From the NCBI RefSeq assembly GCF_009914755.1, contig NC_060944.1: a DNA stretch of 64,000 nt; one strand, given 5' to 3'. This document shows positions 1 through 15,145 of the stretch, piece after piece; within the stretch, counting starts at the first letter, position 1, and every line of letters starts with the position of its first letter. The DNA is from the human T2T-CHM13v2.0 reference genome, Homo sapiens. Under the pieces are notes generated by a model. The model searched no databases and was not told the origin of the DNA. It was given only the letters and a program-made list of their open reading frames with translations. Position numbers and translations under genes: made by a program.

Positions 1-35
1 AGATGACAGATGAGATGAGATGAGATGAGATGAGA
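1..35. repeat. (ATGAG)n pentanucleotide microsatellite, truncated by window start
   Basis: agatgagatgagatgagatgagatgag run. Confidence 0.85.
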
Positions 36-1164
36 GGAATTGATGGATACAAGGACAGATATAGGCAGGTGGAGCATCATCGTCATTGCATATTCACCCA
101 CCCCCAACACTGAATAATAGTAACATCCAGATGGAAATCTCAATGCTCTCAGGACACCTGAGGGCATCAAAACTTTTCTAAGGCCCCAAAGCTAACTCCC
201 TCTGAAGGGTTTTCTTGCATCAGCTCATTAGTAAGATTCTTGGTCACTTTCTACAGTCTCCACCCAGTTTTGAAATACTGAGAATTTCAAGAATTAAGAT
301 GAGCGAACTTTCTAATCTGCCAGTGTGAACATAACTAAACCAGCTTCCCTGGGAAAACCACAACTTCTGAAGAAGCCACATCTGAATGCTGGGGTCCATC
401 AAATGCACGTCTTGCATTTGAAAATCAAGGGTATCCCCCAGAGGAGCCTGCACCTGGAGACACACTTTAAACCACTCATTCCTCTGGGAGAGAAATAAAT
501 TCCCAGTATTTTAGTAAATTGCTGCCTAAGAAGGGCAGAGAAGAGACAATAGAGTCGGTTGCTTCAGTTCCTTGTGACTTCAGAAACCACTCAGGAGACC
601 GGAAACTTTCCCAGCTTGTTATAAGATTAATAATTTCTGGGGTCTTGCTTACACAGAAATGGAAAAATAGAAGATTGTTTCGTGTTCATCTTTTCTTCCC
701 ACCTCATGCATTTTTCTTCTCAAGCATTCACACTTTGCCTCAGCTGAAGAGTTATTTGATTAATTTGCCGTTTGGTTTATTTTCCTTGTGACACCATCTT
801 GCCCTGCAGTGTCGCTGGGCACCCTGGCCTCACCCCTGGCTCTGAGCCCATGGGTTTGGATTCTATCGCTGGTCTAGGCAGCTGACTCCGCTCACACTTC
901 TGATTCTCCCATCGATGGTGCCACCTGCTCTGCTCTGGAAGCTTCTGGTTCCTTGTCTGCCAGCAGAGACATTCACACCTGCACCACAGGTGCACCCACA
1001 TGAAGAGGAGGCTGCTCATCCACTCTCTGTGCCCCCTACTTTCCTTGTTACCAAACCCTCAGAATCATTTCATCACCATCCAAATTAATGTTAATAGCAC
1101 CTATCATTTCTTGGCATTAACACATTACCCTAACAGTACACGAAAGACGTTACATGTGCTCTCT

Positions 1165-1655
1165 GGGGCAAGCAGAGTCCTAAGATGGACCCCAGTGAGT
1201 CCTACCCTTGTGCAATCCCCTCACCTTGACCCTCTAGCATAAGCAGAGCCTCTGAGTTGCTTCCAGTCAACAGAACACGGCACAGGCATTGGGATGTCTC
1301 TCTTGGCTACATGGCACCCCACAGAGATGTCATCTTCACAGACTGCACTGGAAGAAACCCCTGCTGGCCTTGAAGGAGCCTCCATGTCATCAGAGGGTCT
1401 ATGAGAGTTGGCACCCCTAAGACCTGAGAACAGCTCCTGGCTGACAGCCAGCAAGAATACAGAGACCTCAGTCCTACAGCTGCAAAGAACTGAATTCCAG
1501 CCAACAGCCATGTGAGCTGGGAAGAGAAATCAGAGGAGCACTGCCTGGCTGACACCTCCGCCACCAGCTGAAACCCCACGCTTGACCATGAAAATGTATC
1601 CTGAGATCAGTGCTTGCCGTTTTAAGTCACTATATTTGTGGCACTTTGTTCTAGA
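1165..1655 (+). mobile_element. MaLR LTR, MLT1 family (MLT1E/F-like)
   Basis: MLT1 motifs ctaagatggacccc, ctgacagccagcaagaa..cctcagtcctacagctgcaa..gaactgaattc..ccaaca, tttaagtcact..tttgtggcactttgtt. Confidence 0.75.
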
Positions 1656-1723
1656 CCACAGATATCTTCTACACTGGCTCATGGAATTCTCACCACAGCC
1701 GCAGAGCACAGGCAGAATTAATG

Positions 1724-2004
1724 TAGTGCTTCTCAAAGTGTGGTCCTCAGACCAGCAGTGTCAGCATCCTCAGACCAGCAGTATCAGCATCCTCAGACCA
1801 GCAGTAACAGCATCCACAGACCAGCAGTATCAGCATCCGCAGACCAGCAGTATCAGCGTCACCTAAGGGCTTGTTAGAAGGGCCAGCTCTCAGGCCTCTC
1901 CCCAGATCTGCTAAATCAGAAACACTGGGTGTGAGGCCCAGCAGTCTGTACTTGGGCAAGGCCTCCAGGTGACCTTGGGGCACCTTCAAGCCTGAGAACC
2001 ACTG
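1724..2004. mobile_element. MER5A-like hAT-Charlie DNA transposon carrying an internal minisatellite
   Basis: TIRs tagtgcttctca...tgagaaccactg; cccagatctgctaaatcagaaacactggg core. Confidence 0.85.
1745..1859. repeat. 23-bp minisatellite, 5 copies
   Basis: unit cctcagaccagcagtatcagcat starting at 1745, 1768, 1791, 1814, 1837. Confidence 0.95.
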
Positions 2005-2014
2005 GATCAGCCAG

Positions 2015-2150
2015 CTCTTTAAAGTTGCAGGTGATGAGAAACAAACCCCAAATTCTCTTCGGCACCGCGCAGGGAGTTTGTGGCCTTGTCAGGTAGGAAA
2101 ATGCAGAAGGACGACTGGCTTTAGGCTCGGCTGGATCCAGGAGCTCAGCC
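2015..2150 (-). mobile_element. old MLT1J/K-like LTR fragment
   Basis: gttgcaggtga..aaacccc...ggctttaggctcggctggatccagg. Confidence 0.45.
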
Positions 2151-2314
2151 TATTGTTGACTTTGATTTGGCCACATCATGGCTACAGGTGGGCTGTGAGT
2201 GGAGAGAGGTGAGGTGCATCAGAGGACAGCCAAGCTCAGAAAGAGGAGTGGATGGACATCGACAGGAAGCAAGCACAGAAATTGCAGGTGCTCCCCGCAC
2301 AGTGAACAGTGTTT

Positions 2315-2415
2315 GTCATCTTCACCTCTCAGATAAGCAAACTGAGGACTCCAGAGTTAGGAATGTATCAGGGCCTCAAGGCTGGGATGTGGCAGAACAG
2401 AAACTCAAACCTGCT
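2315..2415 (-). mobile_element. MIR SINE fragment
   Basis: cagataagcaaactgagg...ggcagaacagaaactcaaacc core. Confidence 0.55.
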
Positions 2416-4984
2416 TTCCTTGTTCCTAAATGTCATCTAACTGAGTTACCCAGGATGGCTTCCAGAAGAGGCGAGCATGTGTAGGAAGAGGGGGCACTTT
2501 CTTTTTTTTCAAAAAAAGAAAAAGCTGCAACTCAGGAAGGGAGGCGGCCAGTCTCCCAAAGTTCACCTAATAAGAGGATATCAGCCCAACCATCTTTCAT
2601 ATTCTAACCCTGTGTGACTTTGGGTTGCTTTGGGGGCCTCTGAGGACATTTTTCTCACTGGACATCACTGCACGGTTGTCCAGGTTACTCACTTCCACAA
2701 AGCCTGATGGGCTCCTCCATGTGGAAACCAGAGCCAGGTGTGCCACCCAAGCAGGTGCCCTCACCCCAGCCATGGCGGGACTGTCTGTGCAGCTTCCAAC
2801 ACCCGCCTCCCAGAGCAGCAGGGTGAAAGTCCAGCTTCCCTGGGGAATCAGTCATTTCCCCTCAGGCCAGTTCTCAGCATCCCTGGAGATCATCCTAGGG
2901 TCCTCAGTGAAGGCAGCAAATTGCATAACAAAAACTTTATCAGGAGGAGAGTTTGAAAAAGCCTCTCTTGGAGGGCCACAGTGGGTTTCGGTGAGGTAAC
3001 CAAAGTCTCCTTTCCCAGGTGAGGACTGAAGCCAATTAGCAGCTCAGGGGCTGAGACGCTGGCCTCAAACTGAAACATCAGCAAATTCTGTGAAACTTGG
3101 TGAGATAAAGAATCTCATTTAGGACTAAAGAAGACTTTTTCCTCTCTTGTCTCAGATTCTCTACAGATACAATCATTTTCAGAAAGCCAGTAGCAAGAAA
3201 AAAAAATTTCCACGGTTCTCTCATCCCAGAAATGCACTCAGTGACTTGATGTTTTTAAAATACATATTCAAGATACAATAAGGAGCTTCAAATATTTTTA
3301 GATATCATGCAGTGCTGGAGAAGTGAGAGTGTGGAGAAAAGCAACTGCCCCATGCTGAACCCAGTGCAAAGCACCCTGATGACAGTAAGAAGTCAGCCAG
3401 GAGTTTTATACATACTTACCATGATCAAATAGGTGTAAAAACATCAGGAGAAGTGTTGAAGTAAACTTATTTGTAAGAGGCACATTCAAAATTTCCATTA
3501 GAAAAGTTACCAAGCACGTGGTTTATATGCTTATGTAAACTTTTCTGGGAAAGTCTCCAAATTTGTTGAGAACATGGACAATTTCTACCTAGTTCCAGTG
3601 ATGTGTTTGGATTCTGGTCCTTGGAAGACAGAAAAAATTACCCTTTACTGAGAAACGCTTTCCTGTGAAGACACTGATTACAGAATTAAAAGATGCCCAC
3701 TGTATTTCCATCGTGAAACAATGCACACAGATTCCTAAGTACTATTTACATTGTTGAAAATAGACTGTGTGACTCCCAGGCATGTTGTGGTCTGTCTTGT
3801 ATATGTAGGAGGTTTGCTGTTGTGATTTTTAAATGTTAGAAAATTTCATTTAAAAACAGTAGCTCTTCTCAATCCAGTTTCAAAATGCAGTCACACATAT
3901 GCACCACAGAACAGTATGATTATATTAATCTTCTTTCATGATTCTGAACTTATATGCAATACAATGGGCAGACACTAACATCTCCAATTTCTCATGAGTA
4001 CTTTTGAAAGCTGCATTTCATTTGAAAGCAATATTTACAAAACTCTCACTTGGCTGTGGTTTTTGCATAGCGATTAATTTTCAATAGAGGAAACCTGGAG
4101 AAAATTCCTTCATCTTTTCCCTGGTTCTCTTGGAAGGATTAGAAAATGTGGTGTTAGCTCCTGCAGCTTTCCAGTAACCATTTGGCATGACCTCTCGTTA
4201 CCGTGTTATTGGAAAGAACACAGGATTCTTTGGGGAACACAGATGTGGCTTCTGCACACATACCGTGCTGGAAGGTTAAACTGTTAATGCCAAATTTCTT
4301 TACAGATGAATTTACCTTTTCCTGATGCAGAGATGCAACTGAGGATTGGGGATTTAGGATAATCTTTCAGGGAAACAAATGCAAACACTGTACAAACAGA
4401 GATGGGTGACGTTAGCACTCTGCAGGCCCACCTCCTTGCTGAAACCTGCCTCCTTTCTATCTGAGGACAGCTGTCACTCACTTCCAGAGTCCATTTTAAT
4501 GCTGTGATGATGTTTTCACTCCAAGGCAGCTACCACGGGCCTTTTGTCTTCCTGTCATTCTCTCTGCATTAAAATATTAATATGCATTCTCTGAAGGAAT
4601 TATTGATGAAGTATAGATTCTGGAATAAAATGGATATTTCTCATGACTTCAAAACTGATTGACTAATCCTGGGTCATATCTACCACTAGATTGATTTGTT
4701 AAGGTTTTATGAAAAGAAATAGGAATACTAATTGATATTGAGGATGAAAATATGGCCTGAAGAAAGCATAACTACAAATCATTAGACAAAATCAAGTTGG
4801 CTGTTTTAGTGTGGCCAGCTAGTTGTACTTGAAATGTGTAGGATGGGGGAGCTTTTGTGCAATGAGAGGTTGGGGGGAGGTAGCTTTTGTTCAACACTCT
4901 AAATCTGAACATCCTGATAGATGTTATTTATTTATTATTTATTTATTTTGGAAGAAGGTTTATTGTAACACTGGCTACTGGTTA

Positions 4985-5380
4985 CCTCCTTTGGTTGCAG
5001 TGACAGAAACTGAATTCGAATCAGCTTAGGCATGATGGAGTCATCGACCAGCTCCTCCAGCCGGGTCTAAGGAGGGAGGCTCTTCAGGAACACCTGGACC
5101 CAGGGGCTGTGAGGATGGCACATTCCCCTCTCTGCATCTCTCTGCAATTTTTAACCTCAGCTTGGTATCATGACACGTGCAGATTCCCCGTCTTCCAGAA
5201 CATGGAGACACAGTGATCAACAGTGACCCAAGTTCCCTGACCCCCGCTTTAGCAGCCCCAGCAGCAAGGGCAGCCCAAGCTTTCCACCTTAGGGTGACCT
5301 CAGATGCCCACTCAGTAGTCTTCAATGGGGTTGCACAGCCTCTCAGGGAACTTTGCCTGTGGTGTCACAATGATTGGAGG
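4985..5380 (-). mobile_element. old MLT1J/K-like LTR
   Basis: ttggttgcagtgacagaaac..aatcagctta start; tgattgg near end. Confidence 0.5.
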
Positions 5381-5680
5381 GTGCTTCCAGCATTGGCAAG
5401 GGAATGAGGGAGTCAGGAACGCTAAACCACCTTGCACAGTTGAGACCTGTGCCCACCCTCCATGGTGGATGTTTACTTGTCCAGCCAGAGATTCCCAGAG
5501 AAAAGAAGCTTGTTAATTTTCTGAGCCTAGGAGCGTATGCTGGTTTGCAATGAACGTAAAGCATCTGTAACACACACTGGGTTTTCCAGAAACAGACCTC
5601 TGTGAATTTGTATTTTCCGAAGTGGAAAGGCCTGACATCACCGGGAGTTGCTCCCCATTTTAGAGTCACTTCTGTGGCCG

Positions 5681-6368
<688 letters not shown>

Positions 6369-6838
6369 TTACAGCAACACCGCTGGTGGGCTGGAGCTGC
6401 CAAGGGCCTGTGGGCACCCTCCCTGCTTTGTGAGTGAGGCCATCGCCCACCCACAGCCGGCCAGCCGGCCACAGAGCATCCGTGGGGTTGTTCCGGAACA
6501 TTTTCATTTTGAAATATATATTTTATTATCAATTGCTTTCCTTTCAAGTGACCTTTATATTACAGCTAGGGCATAAAATTCATTTCTTATTAAATCGTGC
6601 GTGTAGGTAGGTTACATTATTTCATTTCAGGAGTAGCACATAGATCCTTGACTGATGGCTGTGCAAGGAGGCTGATGGGACAAGGGGCACGAGCGGGGAT
6701 GACTGGAGCTCCCACAGAGAGTCTCGGCTCCCAACGCAAAAACCGGAAACCATGCCTACTACACTTGCTCAGAGACAAAGTACAGGGGAAAAAATGGAAG
6801 CATGCACAGAAATAAATGTGGATTTAAAAAGCAATACA

Positions 6839-7306
6839 TGTGTCTTAGGATTCTCCAGAAAAACAGAACAGGATGTGTGCATGGGTGTATTTGTATACAA
6901 AAAAATAGAGAAAGAGATTAGTTATAAGGAATTGGCTCGTGTGATGATTGAAGGCAGGCCGGCCTCACGCACCACAGTCCGCAAGCTGAGACGCAGGGCA
7001 GTGGATGTTTTCGCTCCAGTCCAAGAGCAGGTCCGCTCTAGACCCGAGAAGCACGGAGACTTCAGTCCCAAAGTCAGAAAATGACCCAAGTCCTAGCTCA
7101 CAGTCGTCAGACAGCAGGGGCTCCCTCTTACCTGGAGGAGGATCCGTCTTTCTGATCTATTCAGGTCAGGCGTGGATTGGCGGAGGCACTCACACGGCGG
7201 AGAGCACCTGCTTGTCTCAGTCTACCGACTCAATTGCTAATCTCAGCCAGAAACGTCCGGGCACCCCAGCACCCAGTCATGTTGACACATAAAATTAACC
7301 ATCACG
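6839..7306 (-). mobile_element. MLT2 (ERVL) solo LTR
   Basis: ttctccagaaaaacagaac, ttataaggaattggctc, ends gttgacacataaaattaaccatcac. Confidence 0.85.
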
Positions 7307-7577
7307 ACACGCAAAACTAAACTCACAGATCATATGCGCTGCGGAGAAAATCTTCTCACTACAGAACTCTGTGCAATTTAACAAAAAAAAAAAGTCATTC
7401 TTGCATCATCTAGGGAGGTGGGTCAGGCGTTACCTGAAATTTTCCTGGTTACGTATTTTTAGGTATCAAGAGAACCAAGGGAGCATTTTCTTAATAAAGT
7501 GATTACAGGGCCCTAATGTTGCCGATTAGGATGGACATTTTCAGAATTAGATTTGTGGAGTTAAAATTTACTGAAGT

Positions 7578-8054
7578 CGGGAGTTCTCCCCCACCCCGGG
7601 CACTACTGATATTTTGAACCAGGTAATTCTGGGTTGCGGGGTTGGGCGGTCGGAGGGCGCGTCCTGTTCTGTGTTGCGGGGTTGGGCGGGCGGAGGGCGC
7701 GTCCCGTGCTGTGTTGCGGGGTTGGGCGGGCGGAGGGCGCGTCCCGTTCTGTGTTGCGGGGTTGGGCGGGCGGAGGGCGCGTCCCGTTCTGTGTTGCGGG
7801 GTTGGGCGGGCGGAGGGCGCGTCCCGTTCTGTGCTGCGGCGTTGGGCGGGCGGAGGGCGCGTCCCGTTCTGTGTTGCGGGGTTGGGCGGGCGGAGGGCGC
7901 GTCCTGTGCTTTGTAGAATGCTTAGCCGCATCCCTGACTTCCATCCAGAAGGTGCCGGTACCACCTCCATCAGGTATGACAAGCAAAACTGTCTCCAGAC
8001 ATTGCCAGATCTTCCGGGGAGCATAAACTGCCCCTGCCCAGTTGAGAGCCACTG
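7578..8054. mobile_element. MER20 hAT-Charlie element carrying an internal VNTR
   Basis: ggcactactgatatttt..ccaggtaattct; tgtagaatgcttagccgcatccctg; tgtctccagacattgcca; gttgagagccactg end. Confidence 0.85.
7626..7905. repeat. 40-bp GC/CpG-rich minisatellite, 7 copies
   Basis: unit gttctgtgttgcggggttgggcgggcggagggcgcgtccc with exact 40-bp period. Confidence 0.97.
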
Positions 8055-8728
8055 CTCTAAAGGAAACAAGGCAATTCACGCAGTGCCAGCTGCTGATTTT
8101 TTTTTTAATTTAATGTGGACAGTGAGCTGCACGTGCTGTTAGACAGGAGCAGTGATACCCACGGCTGTTGACTGAGACACTCCCAAATTCCATGTCCCCA
8201 AAGCTCTTAAGCATCTTTGTGCAGAGGCCCAGGCTAAAATATTCATCCTGCTCATCTTCATGAGTGTAGCAGCATCATAGCAACTGCCTCTGGCGGCCAG
8301 CGCTGGCGAGTGTTTGGGAATGAGCGCACATCAGCACACGCCAGCTCCAGGCCTGGTAAACAGGGGTAGGGAGAAGTGGCCGACGACTTCAGCTTTTCAG
8401 AGCATGAAGGGGCCGAGTCTTGAAACTCACCACAAGATGTTTCCGAGAGGAGAATGTGATGGATGCTCACACATTCAACATGACAAGTGTTAAGACTCAT
8501 CATTGAATCAGATCGCATTAAAAGATTAATATAAAATTAGATTCAAAGATAGCTTTGAAGGTGGACCTTTCCCTTCGCAAGAGTTAAGCAGAGCTCTAAA
8601 AGCAGAATCAGCTGCAAGGCACAGGCAGCGTTCTCCTCCGTTTCTTCTTGCACATGGAGTTTTCACCACGGGCTGAAAGAAATTTGCCAAAGAGTGAATG
8701 TTTCCTCCAAGATATGCTTGGAATATAA

Positions 8729-9100
8729 GAGAAGATGCCGATGACAACGCCAACCAAGATGACCCCGTCTCCCAAGAGAAGATGCCAATAATGCCAACCA
8801 AGATGACCTCATCTCCCAAGAGAAAATGCCAATGACAATGCCAACCAAGATGACCCCGTCTCCCAAGAGAAGATGCCAATGACCACGCCAACCAAGATGA
8901 CCCCGTCTCCCAAGAGAAGATGCCAATGACAACGCCAACCAAGATGACCCCGTCTCCCAGGAGAAGATGCCAATGACAACGCCAACCACGATGACCCTGT
9001 CTCCCAAGAGAAAATGCCAATGACAACGCCAACAAAGATGACCCGTCTCCCAAGAGAAGATGCCAACGACAACACCAACCAAGATGACCCTGTCTCCCCA
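8729..9100. repeat. 47-bp minisatellite, 8 copies (44-47 bp)
   Basis: unit gagaagatgccaatgacaacgccaaccaagatgaccccgtctcccaa at 8729, 8776, 8820, 8867, 8914, 8961, 9008, 9054. Confidence 0.97.
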
Positions 9101-9799
9101 GGGGATTTGGGAGGTTCCTCATGCAAACTTGTGTTCTCTCTGCTGACCATGCCGCCCAGGCTCCCGGGGGCTGGGCTTTGTGCTATTTTCCCACTTCCTT
9201 CTGTGCTGAATCCAGAAACATCCCTGAACATGGGCCCTCAGTGTAAACACTACTGCCCATAGAGCACTCAGGGCTTGCCAGTACTCAGCTCAAAGCTTTA
9301 CTCAGATGGTTTCATTGAATCCCCAAGGAACCCCACAAGGAGGGTTTGGTCCTTAGCACAGTTCTCCAGATGAGGAGCCGTGAAAGGATGCACACCTCTC
9401 CCAAGGCCAGAATGGCAGTGGGTGGTGGTGCTGTGATCCCACACTCTGACCCCTGACACCCTAAGGCAAACCTCGCACCTGCCAGGCTGACCCACAGCCC
9501 TGTCTGCCTCTCTCACTCCTCCCACCACTCCACCCCTCTTGACAGGGAGGTCTCCTCAACACAGAGAGGCCCGTTCTGCCTCCATAAATTTGTGCCAGAA
9601 AAAACTGCTGTCCAAAGACCCAACTCTCCAGCCTTACCTGGAGAAGCCTCAGTGCCTTCCCCACCAGATCTTACTCTTACCGTCTGAGGCCCCAGCACTG
9701 TGCTTTTGCTCTGTTAAAATAGAAACCAGGGCATACTATGTCCTGCTCAGAGCTCCCCAGAGGCTTAAAATAGAATCCCAGGGTGGTGTGAAACCCATG

Positions 9800-10233
9800 A
9801 GCTTAACTTCCCACCTCAAAATCTAGAAAAAGAATAAATGAAACCCAAAGTAACAGAAAAACAGAGTATATAAATCTATGAAATAGAAAGTAAACAATAA
9901 AGAAAATTAAAAAGGCAAGCAATGTTTTGAAAGGCTAAAAAAAGGTTAAATTTCTAGCTAGACAGAAGAAGGAGAGAAATTAAAAATTACAAATATTAAA
10001 AATAAAAGGAGTGCCTTCACTGAGATACTGAAGTCATGTAATGATAAAGGAAAGTTATGAATGAATTAAGGCTAATATGTCTTAACCATCAATGAAATTA
10101 CAAATTCTTAAAATATAATGTATCAAAACTACACAAGAAGAAACAATAAAAACTGATTTAAGAAGAAATATATCATGTAAATGTCCTATATGTTTTAAGG
10201 CATTTGAATCTGTTATCAAAAAGTTTCCCACAG
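9800..10233 (+). mobile_element. ancient L1M ORF2 fragment
   Basis: ttcccacctcaaaatctagaaaaaga..aaacccaaag; A-rich degenerate ORF2 sequence. Confidence 0.7.
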
Positions 10234-10530
10234 GGCAGGTGTTGTGGCTTATGCCTGAAATCCTAATACTTTGGGAGGCCAAGGATGGAGGATTGCTTGA
10301 GCCCAGGAGTTCGAGACCAGCCTGGGCAACATAGCAAGACTCTCATCTCTACAAAAAATTTAAAAATTATCTGAGTGTGGTTGTACGTGCCTGTATTCCT
10401 GGCTATTTGGAAGGCTGAGGTAGGAGGACTGCTTGATCCTAGGAGTTTTAGGCTGCAATGATCTATTATCACATCATTCCACTCCAGACTGGGTGAAAGA
10501 GCAAGACTCCAAAATTTTTTTAAAAAAGAA
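10234..10530 (+). mobile_element. AluJ
   Basis: ggaggattgcttgagcccaggagttcgagaccagcctgggcaacatagc; TSD-like tttcccaca on both sides. Confidence 0.92.
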
Positions 10531-10559
10531 ATAATTTCCCACAAAGAAAGTTCAAGGCT

Positions 10560-11195
10560 GGGTGCTGCCTGCCTCTCCCTCGTGCATTTCCTTCCACTGG
10601 CATCCCACTGGTAAGTCATCCAAATATTTAGTGTTGCCACATTTCAGGGGCTGACAATGCTATGCCCATCAATGATGATGTTCTCGCAGCCAGGTCAGAA
10701 AGTCCATGAATAAGCATCAAAATCCTAGTTTAGAATCTGCCTCATTGGCTCATTGTTGGTATTAATTGTCATAACTAAGTTTTCCTAGCTAGGACACAGC
10801 TGGGAATGCCCCCACCAAAGAGGAATTGAGAGGTTCTTGCAGAATTCACACTGTGGGAGAGTGAAAAGACCAGGATCAGATAGAGGGAGAAGCTGAACTA
10901 TGATGCAGCTGCCCAGGTCTTGAAACTCCCCGAGCTCTGCACCTGGGAGAACTCTACAAAGTCATCCCTTCCAGCGCAACGGGCCCACATTCCTGTGCTG
11001 ACCAGGCATTAGACGAGGCTGCCTGAGGCCGGAAGCATAGCTTTGGCCAGGACAGCACCCTCCGGCAGAAAGCAATGCTCAGAGAAGAATGTGGCTGGAA
11101 CCCAGCAGCCACGAACACCCCAAGCAACCCAGGGACTTGGTGCCTGGGTTCTGACAAGGGAGGAATAGGTGCCGTACCTCTGCAGCCACTGCCAT
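10560..11195 (-). mobile_element. ERVL LTR16-like LTR (~10767-11195) plus adjacent HERV16-like internal 5' fragment
   Basis: agagggagaagctgaactatgatgcag and cagcagccacgaacaccccaagca LTR16-like motifs; minus-strand ccagtggaaggaaatgcac resembles ERVL internal sequence. Confidence 0.5.
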
Positions 11196-11199
11196 CAAC

Positions 11200-13290
<2,091 letters not shown>

Positions 13291-13493
13291 AAATCCATAC
13301 TTTTCCCTCAACCTCAAGGCTCCCCCATGACCTCTCCTGCCTCCCAGGATCCTCCCACACTGGTCCCCACGCTCTGGTCGGCTGGTCCTCAGGTCCAAGG
13401 AGCTGCTTACCTTTGGACTGTGTGCATGTGCATGGCTCCACCTAGACAGCTCTCCTGCCATGCATCTGCACCGACAGCCATTGAGTACATTCT

Positions 13494-13495
<2 letters not shown>

Positions 13496-13527
<32 letters not shown>
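13496..13527. repeat. (GT)16 microsatellite
   Basis: pure GT run. Confidence 0.97.
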
Positions 13528-13530
<3 letters not shown>

Positions 13531-13584
13531 GGGGGGTGTAGTATTTAATTCAAGGCAAACATTAATCAAAAGTAAGACATGGTA

Positions 13585-13810
13585 TTTCCTAGTAGTTAAA
13601 GATGTAAATTCTGGAACCTGGGTTCTTACCCTGGCTTTACCGTTTACCAGCTGGACAACTGTAGGTGAGTGACTCAACTTCTCTCTGCCTCCATTTCCCC
13701 ATCTGTGAAATGAGTATGGTAATAGCTACTTTATAGAGAGCTGCAGGAAGGGTTCAGTGAGTTAGTACCTGTGAAGTGCCTTCAGCAGCATGGAGCACAC
13801 ACGACGCTCC
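13585..13810 (+). mobile_element. MIR
   Basis: cctgggttc..cctggct..caacttctctctgcctccatttccccatctgtgaaatgag. Confidence 0.8.
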
Positions 13811-14969
13811 AGTTCAGTGTTGGCATGTCTATGGGTTGTCCTAATTCAACACCGTCAGGATTCAAAGGAATAGCAATGAACTTAGGGTCATCTGTATTTC
13901 AATAGCCATGAACTTCAGGTCATTCACTTGAGGTGACCTGGGCTTTAGCCTCAATCCTTCTAGCAGCGAGTTGGGTGCACTTACAAAAGCAACATGCCTG
14001 GGGCTCATTTCTCACCTATCAGATGAGGCTTAGGCTGGATCCCTGCTTCCAAATTACAGTTCTTCAAGGCCACATTTAATATATGTATTTATTACTTACT
14101 TAACAGTTTTCTTTAAATCATCATTTTTTAACTTGGATATATCTAACCTCATCCTACGCTATAATATCAACAAAATTAAGGGTTTGATTTGTTAATTAAT
14201 TTTTTTTTCTTAATACACATTGAAAGCATTGTTTGAATACCAGGAAAAAATTTAACTGTTTGTTCACAGGCTCTCTCAAACTGTCTCACATGTCACCTGT
14301 TGTATGCATGTTGGGATACACGGGGCTGGATGGTGGCTGAGCGCTCTCCTGGCCCGAGGCTCCTTGTGCCTCCACAGTGCTGCTAGGAGACCCGACAGCC
14401 TCAGCTGTGCTGGGAAAGAGAAACCACCCAGGCAGCAGCATGAGGCAGCTGGGAGACGGCTAAGCTCAGGACGCCCAGGGTGCTCGGAATGATTCAGGCT
14501 GGATGATGATGAGGACGGAGTTTCTATGGGAGACAGTTACAAAAACATCGAGAGAGGAAGAAAACAAGCCGCATGAATCTCTTCAGGACAGAGTGTTTCA
14601 TTGTCTAGTATTATCTAACATTACAACTGGGAAAAAAGAACGCTCTTAGAATCTCAACATGGGACTTGGCCTTATATGTTAATAACAATCACTCCTTATT
14701 GCTATCAAGTGAGCTGAATACGTATGGGATGGCTATTTCTTTGTCTTGCTTTACTTCCCCATGAGCTAAAGGCACAGAGAGATCACGTGCACCATCGTAG
14801 GCAAAGTGATCCTCCCAGATTCAACATCCTTGCCCAGCAATGCACGCCTGTGCTCTGATGCATCAGAATCTCTGTGTGTCTTACAAAACCCTCAGACATG
14901 CTTCAGAGTAAGGAGGAGAATGACATGATAGGAAGCCAGAGAAATGGGCAAAGGCAAGGTCATTTAGAG

Positions 14970-15145
14970 TGAGAGTTGACAAACATTTTCCGAAAAGAGA
15001 CAGAAATAAAATATTTTAGGCTTTGCGGGCCGTATGGTGTCTGTCACAGCTACTCAGCTCTGCCTTTGTAGCTCATGAAAGCAACCCCAGATAACTTGCA
15101 AATGAAGTGACATGCCTGTGCCCCGATGAAATCTTATTTACAAAG
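14970..15145. mobile_element. MER58A hAT-Charlie element
   Basis: aatattttaggctttgcgggccgtatggtgtctgtcacagctactcagctctgcc. Confidence 0.85.

Noticed and set aside
3412-3423. Perfect minus-strand splice donor (ATG|gtaagtat)
   Set aside because: No convincing acceptor, and stops in all three frames upstream; an isolated motif is expected by chance.
7503-8142. 100-188 aa ORFs on both strands
   Set aside because: They are translations of the 40-bp VNTR; periodic peptides with no coding evidence.
8283-8305. CTCF-like motif (similar ones near 918, 26700, 30615, 36035)
   Set aside because: Each deviates at core positions; unsupported without PWM scoring or ChIP data.
8526-9231. 139-198 aa hydrophobic repeat ORFs and a CRISPR-like look of the 47-bp array
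   Set aside because: Units are head-to-tail with no unique spacers, there are no cas genes, the DNA is primate, and the unit length is not a multiple of 3.
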